A stretch of 64,000 nt of DNA, from NCBI GenBank assembly GCA_050613775.1, contig JBODTK010000157.1:124001-188000 (forward strand). Direction: 5' to 3'. The notes below the pieces were generated by a model, which was not told where the DNA came from, searched no databases, and was given only the letters and a program-made list of their open reading frames with translations. Source of the DNA: Neocallimastix sp. 'constans' (lineage: Eukaryota). Shown in pieces: positions 47,988 through 63,400 of this stretch. Made by a program: the position numbers and the translations under genes. Each line of letters opens with the position of its first letter. Within the stretch, counting starts at the first letter, position 1.

Positions 47988-49512
47988 ATACATACATAAA
48001 TAAATAATTTTTTTTTAAATAAATAAATTATTTAAAATTTAAAAAATAAATAAATAAATAAAATTTTTTTAAATAAATAAATTATTTAAAATTTAAATAA
48101 ATAAATAAATAATTAACTATATAATTTAAATTTATAAATAATTTAAATTTTCGGCTTTTATTTAATTAGAATAAAAAGTAACTTCCATTTTATTGGCTGA
48201 ACACTTTAAAAAATCTTTTTTTTTTAATCCCTATAATATATAAAAAAAGAATTATTTTATTAATCCAAATTTTATATAATTCTATATATAATTATTAATA
48301 ATAAAAAAATAAAATAAATGAAAATAAAAATAAATCAATATATTGGAATATACTTTAATATATATTTTTACCATATAAATCTATATTAAGTATATTTATT
48401 AATATTTGGACAAAAAACATGCATAAATTTTTTTTTTTTGTTTATATCCTTGTTTTTTTTATAAAATTAAAAAAAAAAAAGAAAATAAAAAAAAAATAAG
48501 AAGGGAAATATGGTTTAGAGGCTACATTAATTTAATATATATATATATATAAAATTAAATTAATGGTAGTTAGGAATACTTTATATAGTTGAACTTATAA
48601 TAATAATAAAAGGGATTATCGTTATTAATAACTCTTGAAATACTAATTTATTAATTATATACTATAGAAGGTAAAAAATTTATATATATTTCAATCTTAA
48701 ATTTGGAAATGGCTTTTAAAATTTTTAATATTTTATTTTTATTAAATTTTTTAATTTAATAATAAACGAAAAACTCATTTTAATATATTATTTAATAGAA
48801 AATAATAATATAAATATAATGTATAGTAATATAAAATTTCTTATATTTGATTAAACAATTAAATTTCAGAATTAATTTTACTATGAATTAATGCTCAAAT
48901 ATATTTGTAAATAATAATGATAGTAATAATATGATAACAGACACAACAATAATAAAGAATATATATAAATAATTATATGTATAATAAATAAATATTTATA
49001 TTTGTTTTTGTTTTTAGATATGAATTTTAAATAAATTTCTTTTAAAATAAATATTATTATTATAATTCTTTACTAACATTAATCATATTTTTGTTTTATT
49101 TTATTTTATTTTATTTTTTACTGTATATATTTATATATTTTTTTTCTATATATTAAATATATTAAATAAACAAAAGCTATTAATATTAATTAGCAATATT
49201 TATTAATTTTTCAACTCATTATTCGAAATAAAACAAAAGCGAATTCATTCAATATTTATTAATTTAAATTATATAATATTAAATATTTATTAAATTTTAT
49301 TTTATTAAATATATATCAATAATAAAATTATATTATTTTAATTTTTAAATTCTTTGTTTAAATAAGTTATAAATTAAATATTATATTAATATTATAGTAA
49401 AATTAAAAAATTAAGAACTTAAATAATAATTTTAATTCAAATATTTTCTCACGAACATTAATACAAAAATAAAAAATAATTAACAAATCAAAGAAAAAAA
49501 AAAAAAAAAAAG

Positions 49513-51167
49513 ATGCCAAAAGTTCCATATACTGATAATATTATTTCAAAGGCTAATAATCCTTTACCTTTTCCTAATTATTTAAATACATTATCTTTAT
49601 TAACGGATTCCTCAATTTCAACAGTTAGAAAATTTTTTAATGCAAATAAAAGTTTTAGTGAAGCTTTATTGATAACTATAATATCGGTCATACAAGAAGG
49701 AATTGCTTATCAATTAGTTAACCATTCAAGTACTTATTATAGTAATAATTCAAAATCATATACCAATAATACAAATTATTATTATTGTAAAGGTGTTCCA
49801 ATTAAACCAAAAAAACCAACCATAAAAAAGCGTAGTAATAGTTTTAGTTTTGGTAGTGGTAGTTCCTATACTAGAAAACTCGATGATGATAACGAAGAGG
49901 GTCAAACCTATATCATCAAAGAGAATGAAGGAAATCCTCAAGTGATAAATGAATTTAATAGTTCTTTAAAGAAGAACAAATTAAGTCGTTCATATTCTTC
50001 ATCAAAATTATATTCCAAGACCACTTCCAGTCAATATACTAACGAATTTAACCCAAAAATAAAATCAAAAACGAATACTAAGGTTCATAATGGTTCCAAT
50101 TTAAAATATTGTATATCTCAAGATTTTCAAAATTCATCACAAAATTCTGATGATATCGATAATACCTTAAAAGAACAACAATCCGCTACTACAAATAATA
50201 AACCAAATGATATGGCTTCAGGATCACATTCACCTATCATTAATCTATCAAATCCTTCTAAAGTTATCCAAGATAATGATTCTATTGAAAGTGAGTGTAG
50301 TTTTGAAGCACCTCGAAAAAATAAAATAAGTATATTTATTCTTATAAAGAATCTTTTAAATCTTTTAGATATCTTTAAGAATCTTAATCATTCTTCCTCC
50401 ACAAATAATCATCAAAAACCAATAAAACCATTTAATTCTGTTAAAGCTCTTGATGATAAAGAAAAATGGAAAGAATTCAATCGAATTTATAATGAAACAA
50501 TGTACAATTTAAAAGCTGAGGAATATTATAAAAGTAAATCACAAATATTTAAATATAGTACTGGTTTGAATAGTGTACAGAGTTGTTATTTTGATTTAGA
50601 AGATAATTCTGATGATATGGATACTTCTGCTATCAATAGTATGTCAATTCTTGATGAAAAAATTCGAGAAAAATCTGAAAGTCAGATGACCGATATTTTA
50701 TCAAGAATTAAAAAAGATACCCTTACTTTTGCAGAAATTAAAGAATGTGGTGAATATATGAGAAGAGTTGGAATATATCGTAAGTATTATATATATATAT
50801 ATATATAAATGTTATATAATATTATATAATATTTTTCTATATAGATTTAATTAATATTCTTAAAAAAAAAAAAAAAAAAAAAATTTGATTCAAATAATAA
50901 ATTATTAATAATTAAAATATTAAATATATTTCTGTAAAAAGAATTATTTATACAATGTCCAATAAATCATTTCTTAAGAATACTAGCTTCTAAATTATTT
51001 TCATGTGGTGAAAAGAAATATAGTCCAATTTTAAGATTTTTATTTGTAACTTGTGTTATTTCACCCATTCAAATATCAAGTAATTATATTATATTTTTAA
51101 AATTTTTATATATAATATATAATATGATTATTTAATTGTTATAAATTAATATATATATATATATTTA

Positions 51168-51202
<35 letters not shown>

Positions 51203-51559
51203 AAAAAAATAATTAATAATTAATAATATTAATAATTTATTTATATATATTATTATTAATGTTAAAACCAATATATATATATGTATTTTACATTTTTTAT
51301 ATTTATAGTTAATATTTTATGTCTTGCTCTCTCAAACAAAAAAACACCATCAGATATAAAAAAGTGTTTTTCCAATAATTTCTCCCATATATTAAAACTT
51401 TCATTAGTTTATGTTCCATTTTCTACTCAATATCTTGCTAGAACCTTTTTACCACGCCATCTTTGGGTTCCTTTCTTTAATTTAAGTAGTTTTATTTTAG
51501 GAACTTATATTAAGATCATCATGAAGAAAAAGGATGATAGAAAACTTATCAATTTTTAA
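49513..51559 (+). CDS. PMP22/Mpv17-family-like membrane protein with a long low-complexity insertion; exons 49513-50779, 50942-51079, 51309-51559
   Basis: In-phase GT-AG junctions. Exon 2 QLFIQCPINHFLRILASKLF...ILRFLFVTCVISPIQIS and exon 3 QYLARTFLPRHLWVPFFNLSSFILGTYI resemble fungal PXMP2/PMP22-type proteins. Confidence 0.78.
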
Positions 51560-52135
51560 ATTATATTTATTTATATAATTAAAAAATTGAGATTGATCAT
51601 AAAGAAAAAAAAAAAAAAAAAAAGTTGACTATGTTGAACGAAACTAACAGGGAAAAACATGAAACATATAATAATAAAACATTAAAATAATAATAATAAT
51701 AATAAAAAGTAATCATATTATAAAGAAAAATAAAAAAAACTAGGGAAATAAAAATAAATATAGAAATAAAATAAAATAAAATAAAAAAAAAAAATAAAAT
51801 AAAAACAATAAAATTTTGAACATATTAAAAAAAGAAAATAATAATAATTAAAAAACTCAAATAAAATTACAAATTAAATAAAGAACAATAATAATAATAA
51901 TAATAAAAAATTAATCAATAAATATAAAAATTAAATAATAAAGATGAAAGAAGAAAAGTCAATAAATAAATAAAATGAAGCTATAAATAAAAATAAAACA
52001 AATACCATTGAAAAAATAAATAAATAAAGGAAAAAGAGACAATAAAATGAATAAAAACTTTAAATATAAATTTATCATTATCATACAAAGATCATTTCTT
52101 ACAAATAATAATGGTAATGATAATGATAATCAAAA

Positions 52136-52168
<33 letters not shown>

Positions 52169-52578
52169 AAAAAAATAAAAAATTACTAATGATTATATAA
52201 ATAATATTATATAATTATAAAAAAATTTTTTTATTTTTTTTATTTTTTTTTTTTTTTTATTTTTCTTCTTATTATTATTACTTTTTTTTTTTTTAAAAAA
52301 AAATTTATTATTATTATTGTTATTATTTTTTTCTTTTACCTAACTTTACGAATACCAATAGTATTAATTTAAGTTAGTACTATCTATATTTTATATAAAA
52401 TATAGCGAATATATCTGAAAAGAAAAAAGTAAAAAAAAAAAAATATATATATATATATATTTTAAATATTTATGTTTCATATCATATATTTAAATTATTT
52501 ATTATAATATATATAAATATTTTATCTTTAAGAATTATTAATACCAATAAAGTATTAAAAAATTTAAAAATAAAAAAT

Positions 52579-52611
<33 letters not shown>

Positions 52612-52657
52612 TTAAATATTATTAGTTTTTTCATTTATTATTCAACATTTTAGTATA

Positions 52658-52691
<34 letters not shown>

Positions 52692-52735
52692 TTTTTAAAA
52701 TTATTGAAGAATTTTAATTTTTTATTATTAATTAA

Positions 52736-52769
<34 letters not shown>

Positions 52770-53522
52770 TATAATAGTAATAATAGTATATATCATTAAA
52801 AGAGGTAGTTAGAGTAATGAATATTGTATATTAATATTTGTAATGATAGTATATATTGTCATTAATATACTACTTAAAATTTGTATTTATTGATCATGTT
52901 TAACAAGCATTATTATTTTTTTTTTTTTACTTGTATTTATTAATTTATTTATCTATCTATCTATCTATTTATTAATTTATTTATTTATATTATGATGAAT
53001 ATAATGATATATAATTATTAAATTGAATATAATTATTAATTTTTATATAATTCATATAATAAATATATATATATACATATACTTCAAGGGTATCAAATAT
53101 TTATTGAAGATATAACGGTATTTCTTTTCTTTAATAATATCCTATAAAAATAATATTAATCAAATTTTCTCTTAAAATAATTTCGTTTAATTAGGATTAA
53201 AGCTGTCAATCATTTTTTTTGAATTCATGAATTATTATAATAATAATTCATTTAAATAAATTAATTTTGTATTATAAATTGATTAATTATGATGATTTAT
53301 TGTTTTAAATTTTATTATTATAAAATTTTAACTTTATATAATATTGAAAAATAATTAAAATTTTATTAATTATGATTTTAGATTTTATATATATATATAT
53401 ATAAAATCATGAAATATTGAATATATTGGAATATATCATAAATAACCAAAATTATTATGATAAAGATTTTATTAATTATTAAAATAATAATTTAATATTA
53501 ATAATAAAATAGTAATTAAAAA

Positions 53523-53564
<42 letters not shown>

Positions 53565-53653
53565 ATATTAACACTTTCTAGTGTAGTAGTAATTTGCCTA
53601 TTATTTAAACTTTATTTACATACTTTATATATAGTATTCTTTTTTTTCCGTTT

Positions 53654-53699
<46 letters not shown>

Positions 53700-54253
53700 T
53701 TAAAAAAAATTATTATTATTATTATTAGTGATTAATTTAATTAAATGAAATTAAAATAATTAGTGATTAATTTAATAATTAACATAAATTTTAATTTTTT
53801 TAATTTTTTATTATTATTTTTTTTTTTTTTTTTTTTATTTTATTTTCGATACATCCACATCTTATTATGTAATATATTAATACATAAAAAACATTTTTTT
53901 CTTAAAAAAAAAAAAAGTTTTAAAACTTTTTGGAATTAAAATAATAAATAATAGTAGAAAAAAAAATCTATTAACAAAATAAAAGGCTACACAATAGTAA
54001 TATATTCCTATATCATAGTATCAATCATGATATAGTATTAATAAAAAAAAAAATAATAATAATAATACAAATACAAAACTATCATAATATAATCATATAA
54101 TCAAATTTATTTTTTCTTTTCCTTCATATTTTTTTTTTCTTTTTCTTTATTTTAATTTTTAAACAGAAAGAATCCTTAAAGGAAAAAAAAATAATAATAA
54201 TAAAGAAAATAAAAATATTAAATAAAAAAAAAATATTAAATAAATAACACACA

Positions 54254-54288
<35 letters not shown>

Positions 54289-54576
54289 AATAAAAAAAAA
54301 TTGAAACATAAGAACTATTATAGATTTTATATAAATATTTATATAATTTAAAAATTATAGTATCAAATAATATTAGAAAAATTTTAAAAAAAAAAATTGC
54401 ATTTTTTAAATATTACTATTAATTAAAGAATATCTTTAAAAATTAATAATATAAATATATAAAGAAGTTTTAAAAAAGAAAGGATAAATATACATATAAA
54501 GAAGAAAAAAAGAATAATAATAATAATAATATAAAAAAAAGTATATATATATATATATATATATAAATAGAAAAAG

Positions 54577-55220
54577 ATGAGTAATTCTCTAACAACTAGT
54601 AGTTCAAATATGATTCCTGGAAAGGGAAGTTTAGGGGATAATATTGTAACAATTAGTCCATGCAGTAGTATAGATATGATAGCGACTCCTATAGTATCTG
54701 AACCATTAAATAGTCTAAATCAAGATAAAAATGTTGAACTCATTTTCATGAAAATTAGGGAACAACTTCAAAATTTAGGAGGTCGATCTGTACTGAAACT
54801 TTATACCATGTTAAATTTAGAACGTCTTCTTCGAGAAACTTCTTCTGAAAAAACTAGTGAAAATGTGTTAAATGATCCTAATGAGGCTACTGATGAAAAT
54901 AACGCCACTAAGGCCCCATCCAATAATAATAGTAATATTAATAATAATAATAATAATGCAGGAAGTAATACGAATAGTAATGTAATTATACCTTTGGAAG
55001 CCAGTAGAACAATGAATAGTTCATTTGTAGGAGTCGTTAGTTCATGTGCCAGTAGTTTAGGTATTCCTCAAAGTAAATCCACTTCAGTAACTTCAAAAAT
55101 ATTTACAAATGAAATATTAACAGATTCATCAGTACAACCTTCTAGAAGAGGTAGTATGATAACACCTTCAACGAAATTTAGCAATGATTTAAATTCATTT
55201 GTAAAACTTAATGGTAAATA

Positions 55221-55264
<44 letters not shown>

Positions 55265-56348
55265 TAAAAATAAAAATCATATTTTAATTTCTTATTCTAA
55301 ATCATTATTCAATATATATATATATATAAATCATATATATATATCTATTTATTTATCTATTCATTTATTTATATACTTATTAATTATACATAGAAAGAAG
55401 ATATAGTCACAGTCGTCCTAGAACCAATAGTTTATGTATTGATACTACCATCTATAAGAATAAAATTGCTTTCCAATCTACGAATATTCAAAATATTGAG
55501 AGTAATAAATCCATAGAAATTTGTCCCTTAAATGATAAAGCAATTAAAAGTACTAGTAAAACTATAGATGAAGGATCAACAGTAAACACCACAACAGCAT
55601 CTACACCAACCAAAGATATATATAATGATAATATTTCAGTAAATTATGATGAATTAGTGGACGGTTGTACTAGAGTTGGTCTTTCCTTAACCCCTCAAGT
55701 AATATATAATATATTTAATATAATAAATACATAATACATTTTTTTTTTTGTATAAATTATTCATTTAATGTTGAAACTCTAAAGACTACAAAAAAAAAAA
55801 AAAATTTTAACATTAATTTACTTATATATATATATATATAAATATTTTTTTTTTTTTTAATTTTTTTTTCCATTAATATATTTTTTATTTATATATAATA
55901 ACAAAAATTTTTGAAAAAAAAAAAGGAATATGAAACAATATTTAAATGCACCAAAAACAAAAATTGTAATATATATATATATATACATATTATGAATACT
56001 TTTATTATTATTATTTTTTTGCTAATTATATTTATTTTTTCAAATAAATCATTAATTTTATTAATTAAAAAAAAAAAAAAAAATTAAAAAATTAAAAAAA
56101 TTATTTTTTTTTCTCAATAAATATTATTCTAAATTAAAAATTTTATAAAGCTATGGTTGGAATTCATAGATTTATTCTTAGAATTGGAGTATATTAAAAA
56201 TTATATATATATATATATATATCTTTTTTATATAAATATTATAAATTTATATATATATATATTAATATTTTCAACATTTATTAATCATTCATAAAATATT
56301 TTATTTATATATATATATATATATTGAATTATAATACTTTATATATTA

Positions 56349-56381
<33 letters not shown>

Positions 56382-56614
56382 TATTTTATCAGGGAGGTTT
56401 ATCTGTTAAGCGTTTAGAATTAGTACAAAATACCTTTAAAATGTTAATCAATGATGATTCACCCAATAACGCTTTTATTTTATTAAAAGGTATTTAAATG
56501 TATATAAATATATAAATTTATATTTAAAAATAGAAAAAAAAAATATTATCTTAATAATATTATAAAATCCCTAATATCTTCTATAAATAATCATAATATT
56601 TTTTTTTATTATTA

Positions 56615-56687
<73 letters not shown>

Positions 56688-56713
56688 TATAAAATAAAAT
56701 AAAATAAAATAAA

Positions 56714-56764
<51 letters not shown>

Positions 56765-56967
56765 CTAAATAATCAATAATTATATTTTCTTCTTCCATTG
56801 AATTAATAGATGCCAAAGCTAAATTTTCACCTAATGAGCATCCAAGAGTAAAATCAGGAGAATTGACTCCAGAACAAGTATTATATCGATTTTTATTCTT
56901 TTTTGAATCAGATCGACCAGATGGGGTCATTGAATTAATTGAATGGGAATATTATTATGCAAGTAAG

Positions 56968-57004
<37 letters not shown>

Positions 57005-57357
57005 TAAAAATAAAAAAAAATAAAAAAAAAATAAAAGTTATAGTTAAAATAAATAAATATAAAGAAAAAAATAAAGATAAAATGAAAATATATATATATA
57101 TATATATATAATAAATTTTTTATTTAATAGTAGATATTTATTATTAAAATAATAAAAATTATTTTTTATCTTATCTTTATTATCTTTATTATATTTTTAT
57201 AATTTTTAATTATTATTATTATTATTATTATTATTATTTTTTTTTTTACCATTTTCTAATAATAGCAATTTCAGCGGAAATATCGCAAGATTCCTTCTTT
57301 GAAAAACAAATGGTTCAATGTTGGCCAGGATTACAACTCTATGACAAATATAGTGTA

Positions 57358-57388
<31 letters not shown>

Positions 57389-57639
57389 GAATTATTAATT
57401 AAAAATATTAAGCTAAAAAACAAAAAAACAAAAAAACAAAATTTTTATTAAAAAACTAAATAATAATAAATAATAATAATAAATTAATTTAATTTATTAC
57501 AATAAATTTTTGTTTTTAGACTACACCAAAATTGAATAGTAAACGTAGAAGAGAAATTGCAGAACAATTAAATATTATGAACTATGTCAGTACGTATTAA
57601 TTAATGACCATTATTTAGATTAGATTAAAGAAAAGCATA

Positions 57640-57671
<32 letters not shown>

Positions 57672-57726
57672 TAAAAAAAAATATTTAATTTAAATAATAT
57701 AATATTACAAAAAAAAAAAAAAATGT

Positions 57727-57771
<45 letters not shown>

Positions 57772-58347
57772 ATTACAAAATATTAATTAAATATAAAAAT
57801 ATTAAATCACTAAAAATACGATACTATATTTTGAAATTTATCTTTTAATTCTATTAATACAAAAACTGCTACTTCTACTAATAATAATTATAATATACAA
57901 TTACCACTAATAATATTACTATAACTGCAACTACTTCTACTTCTATTACTAATAATAATAATATTAATACAACTGTTACTACAACTACTACTACTTCTAC
58001 TACTACTACTACTACTACTAATAATAATAATAATAATAATAATAACAGCTAATAATTATAGAGTTTTCCGAGATTTATTAGATATAGCATTTATAGAATG
58101 TAATCAGGATGGTTTACATCATCTTGAGAAGAATGAAGTCTACGAAATACTGCGACACTTTTATCAATTAATTCATCAACCTTTTGATGAAACTATTTTT
58201 GATGAGCTTTGGATTCGAATATATAGAGAATTAGAAGATGTCGTTACAATTTCTGACTATGAGGAACAACTTTATAATGCTATTAAGAAAGAAATTACTT
58301 ACATGGAATATGAAATTTTTGCTCATGTTACGGATGAAGAAGATTAA
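54577..58347 (+). CDS. Calcyphosin-like EF-hand protein with a long Ser/Asn-rich N-terminus, ~9 exons
   Basis: Exons encode GGLSVKRLELVQNTFKML (~56392), FSPNEHPRVKSGELTPEQVLYRFLFFFESDRPDGVIELIEWEYYYA (~56810-56962) and TISAEISQDSFFEKQMVQCW (~57266), the CAPS/CAPSL signature. Last exon FRDLLDIAFIECNQDGLHHLEKNEV...EED* is EF-hand-like. Small internal exons are approximate. Confidence 0.8.
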
Positions 58348-59189
58348 TTATGAATTTCAAATTAAAAATAAAAAATAGTTAAAATATATATATATATATA
58401 TTGATAAAAATAGTAACAAATAAATAAATATATATATATATATATTTATTACAATCATATATTCAAAATATTTCTTTAAAAAAAAAAAAAAAAAAAAAAA
58501 ATTCAATAAAAATAGAATAATAAATAATTAGAAATTTTTTTTTTTTGATTATGTAGTAATAAATAATATTATTAATATTATTAGTATATATATAGAAATG
58601 ATATTTATTGTTATACAAGAAAAAAAAAAGGTTTTATAAAACAATAATGCAACATTTTTACAACAAAAACAAAACATAAATAGAATCATCTTCTATATAT
58701 ATTGAATAATATTAAAAGATACCTTAATTTTTATATATTATAATATATTAAAAAATATAATAAATATTATTTAACTCTAATTTTTTTTTTATTTTATTAT
58801 CTTAATATTATAATTTTATTTATTAAATAATTAATATTATTATTCAAAATAAAATTTTTACTGAATGTCTTTTACTTTAATAATGTGTAAAAATAACATC
58901 TTTTATAATTATTGATTTTTAACATAAATAAATTTTATCCTAACAAAATATTAAAAATTAAATATTTTTTTTTGGAGGGAAAATATTTAATTTATCTTTT
59001 TTTTTTTTTTTAATAATAAACACACATTAATTATATTTTATACAAAAATAAATATTTTCAATATTTATCTCTATTAAATCTCTTTTAAAACATTTGCCAT
59101 TCATACTAAAGTTTACTTTTAGTATTTATTAACTATTTAATAATATTTATTATTTATTTCCATTTAATTTATATAGAATATTTTTTATA

Positions 59190-59705
59190 AAATATTGGTA
59201 TTGCCCTTTTTAAGAATTCCGCCAAGCCCACAATTTTTGGAACAGGTGACTCAGATGAACCTTTGAAAAGTAGTTCATTTAAATGTCTCTGTTCCCCACA
59301 ATCGAAATGTAGTTCATTTAAAACTAAAGTCCCACCAAGAAGGAACAAGTATATATAATGATTGATATAATCTTCAAAATCAGAAATAGAGTCATAGGAA
59401 GAAAGAGGATTAAACGCTCTAATCTTCCTAAGGAATAAAACATAGAGATCATCGATGAAATTTAAAGAATTCCATCTAAAAGATGCAAGAGCATCGCATT
59501 TAAAAATCTAATGTTCAAAAAATTGGTTACCTTCGCCACAACAGGGGTAAGACATGAGACAATCTTCTGAAACTCTACCAATTCTAATAGCAATAGTAGT
59601 ATTGTATTTATAAAGTCATTGTTTTCTGAACATGTTTTACCATTTTTAGAGAAGGAACCTTGACGAACACCTCTTTTAATAGGAATAACTACATGTAATA
59701 AAAAG

Positions 59706-59738
<33 letters not shown>

Positions 59739-59750
59739 TAAAAAAATAAA

Positions 59751-59783
<33 letters not shown>

Positions 59784-59865
59784 ACAAAATAAAATAAAAT
59801 AATGGTATAATGTATTCTAGTTTCATTTAATTAATATCTGTAAGACTTCACAAGGACATTATATA
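59190..59865 (-). mobile_element. Composite LINE remnants
   Basis: PIKRGVRQGS (59655-59685) abuts a CCHC region (PCCGEGNQFFEH*IFKC) and FLLGG; 59691-59865 matches the LINE 3' UTR at 8881-9020. Confidence 0.8.
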
Positions 59866-59967
59866 ATTGAATATCTTTATAATTATTATTAAAAAAAAAA
59901 TTATTATATTTTATTTTACTTTATTTATTTATTTATTGTTTTTTATTTTATTGTATTTATTTATTAT

Positions 59968-60015
<48 letters not shown>

Positions 60016-60408
60016 ATTATTTATTTACTTGTTAATTGCAAATTTTCTAATTTCTAAATAATGTAAAAAAAAAAAATTTTTTATATATATATATTTTATA
60101 ATACATAACATTTTACGATTATTAAATTAATTATAAAAACAAATATATTTTTCTTTCTTGCCTTTTTAATTTTTAACTTTTATTTTTTATTTATTTATTT
60201 TTTTTTTTTATAAAAAAATAAATAAATAAATAAATAAAATAAAATAAAATTAAAGCAAAAAAAAAAAAAAGTTTTTATAATATATGCATTTTTATAAATT
60301 ATTTTATATTATAGATTATTTTTTTATTAATACATTTATAATATATATTATTACTTTTTTTTTATTATTATTATTTTTATTTATTTATTTGCTTATTTAT
60401 TAATTTAT

Positions 60409-63400
60409 TTATTCATCTTTCTTTTCTTCTTCTTTCTTTTCTTCTTCTTCCTTTTCTTCTTCCTTTTCTTTAGCAGCAGTACGTTGCTTAAGATTTTCAG
60501 AAGTAACATTTTCTTCAACATTGTTGGTTTCACCAGCTTCTTCACCCTTTGGTTCAGCATCTTCATCTTCAACCTTTTCTTCCTTCTTAAGTTCTTCTAA
60601 AGACTTTCTCTTTGGACGACCAACTAAGAGTAAGCTAAGGAATGGGAAGGTAACAATAACACAGGCAATAGTACCATAAATTGGATTCTTCTTGAAAGTA
60701 TTAATTGGATCCTTCTTGAATTCTTCAATAAAGGCACCAAGCTTTTCCTTGAAACCTTCTTCGTTACCCTTTAACATTTCTTCCTTTTCCTTATCACTGT
60801 TCTTTTCATATTCAATCATTTCAATCTTGTTCTTAACAGCCCAGGTTTGGTTGGCGAATTCTTCAGCATCAGCTTCACTGTGACCAATGTAAATATTATC
60901 AAACATAATTTGGTTTTGCATAGTCCAAAGTTCGAAACCAATAGCAACCATTGGTTCAAAGTTGTGTGGATCGTTATCTTCGAAGTAGTTTGGATTTGCT
61001 ATTTATAATAATATTATATTAAAATTATTATTATTATTATAAAATAAAAATAATAGAAATAATAATAAAGAAAAATTTTATTTATTAATAAATATTATAA
61101 ATTTAAAATAAAAAAAAAAATAATTTAATTTAATAGAATTTAAAATTAATATATATTTGAATAATTATCTTTCTTCTATTTATTTTAATTATTTTATTAT
61201 TTATAGCTCAAAAATAATAATAAGAAAAAAATAAAAATACTCACGAATCTTTCTTGGAGCCCATGGACCCTTGTAATCTGGGTTATCGATGAGTGGAGCC
61301 TTCCATTTACCCTTGAAATCTGGATTCTTCTTCATTGGACGCTTCCATTCACCACAGTTACCACTTTCACATTTTGGATTTGCTGTAATATTTTAAATAT
61401 AACGAGTTTATTTATTTATTTATTTATTTTTTTAAATAAACGAAAAAAAATAATTATAATAAATATATATTAATGATATGAATATTTATATAAAAAAATA
61501 TACGAAATAATATATATATACGTTAATTTAATTTATACTTACGAATTTGAACTGGAACCCATTCACCATCTTCTTCATCATCCCTTTATTATTTGAAATT
61601 GTAATTACAACAACAATATTAATAATAATAATATTAATATTAATAATTAAAAGATTAATAGATGAGATATATATATAAATTATATTAATTTATATTCTAT
61701 AAAATTTTTACTAAAAAAAAAAAAAAAAGTTAATATTAATTATTTTACCAGTCTTCTGGTTTTTCAGCTTCTGGGTCATTAATCATTTCTGGTTCATCAT
61801 CTAACCAATCATCTGGCTTAACAGCATCTTCATCTGGAATATATTCTGGAGCATCTTCATCCCAGTCATCTGGCTTAGTAGCTTCTGGATCTGGAATCCT
61901 ATTTTTTTTTATTTTGGAAGGAAAAAAATTTTTTTTTTGAATTAATATATATTGTAATTATTACATTATTTAATATATTATAAAATTATAAATAATAATT
62001 CGTTTTAAAATAAATATATAAACTAGATAAATTTTATATATATTATGAAGATATAAAATATATTTACTTAGCAGTATCAACCCAATCTTCTGGTTTCTTA
62101 TCTTCTGGATCATTAATTTCCTTTGGTGGGTTAACAGCTGGTCTGAAATCTTCTAAAAGATTACCAGCCTTAGCAGTCTTATTATTAATCTTAATTTCAA
62201 AACTATTATCTGGACGAACGATTAAAGTATATAAGACAGTAGTCTTTTCAATCTTGGCTTGTGGTGGAGATTCTAAGTGCTTTTCTTCATATTCACCAGT
62301 AAGTGGGTTCTTGTGACGGAAAATAAAGTGAACCTTGTTAGTACTACCACATCTATCTGGACCAAACACTGTTTATGAATTTTAAAACCAAAAAAAAAAA
62401 AAAAAAAAATTAAAATTAAAATTAAAATTAAAAAAAAAATTTAAACATTAGTATTATTCTTCTTAAAAAATAATAATAAATAAGTACATAAAAATGATTT
62501 TATAAAAATAGATAAAATTAAAAATGATAAATACTAATAACGTATGGAGTCTTATCATTATATTTCTTTGGATCGTATTCTTCATCTTGTTTCTTAATTA
62601 ACTTTAAGTAAGCACCACCACATTCTAATTCATTTTGTAATTTAACTTCATATCTTAATTTTTATATAATTATATATATAAAAAGAATAAAAATATAATA
62701 ATTAATATAATCATTAATAATTATTTCAAAATTATATTTATATTACATATAAAAATAATTATTTTCGTCATCTTTTTCAATTTTTATTGAATTAATATAC
62801 TTACTGAACAACAAGAGTTTTTCCATCATTATCAATAACTTCTGGGAATTTAGCAGAAATAGCCTATAAATTTAAATTATTTTTTATATTTTCCTTTAAT
62901 ATTAATATACATATTTTTTATTATTATTCTTCAATCTATATTTCAAAAAATTTAAATTTATTTACATGGTGAGCAGCAGCAGATTTTACAACAAGACCCT
63001 TATCACCAATGATATTCTTGTAAACAGTTGGTTCTTCAACAGCCCATTTACCGTTGTATTGTAAAAGATTTTCATCATTTTCAGTCTCAGAAATCTTCTT
63101 AGAATGAGAAACTTCCCAACGAGAATCCCATGAAGAAGTGAATTGTTCAATGAAAGGAGCCTTAATATCAGTTGGCTTTTATAAAATAATAGTAATTAAA
63201 ATAAACAATAAAATAATGAAATATAAAATGATATAAAATGATATTTTAGTATTTCCTACATATACACACTTATATTACTTTGGAAAATTTTTAAACTTTT
63301 AAATATAAATAAATTATGTTTTTATAAATATAAATTTATCTCAATTTGTACATATAATTACCTTAAAAGTTACAATTTCACTTTGAGCTTCTTCTTCAGC

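Noticed and set aside
42152..54309. Short Phe/Ile/Lys/Tyr-rich ORFs (42152, 47599, 54124)
   Set aside because: Translations of homopolymer and microsatellite DNA.
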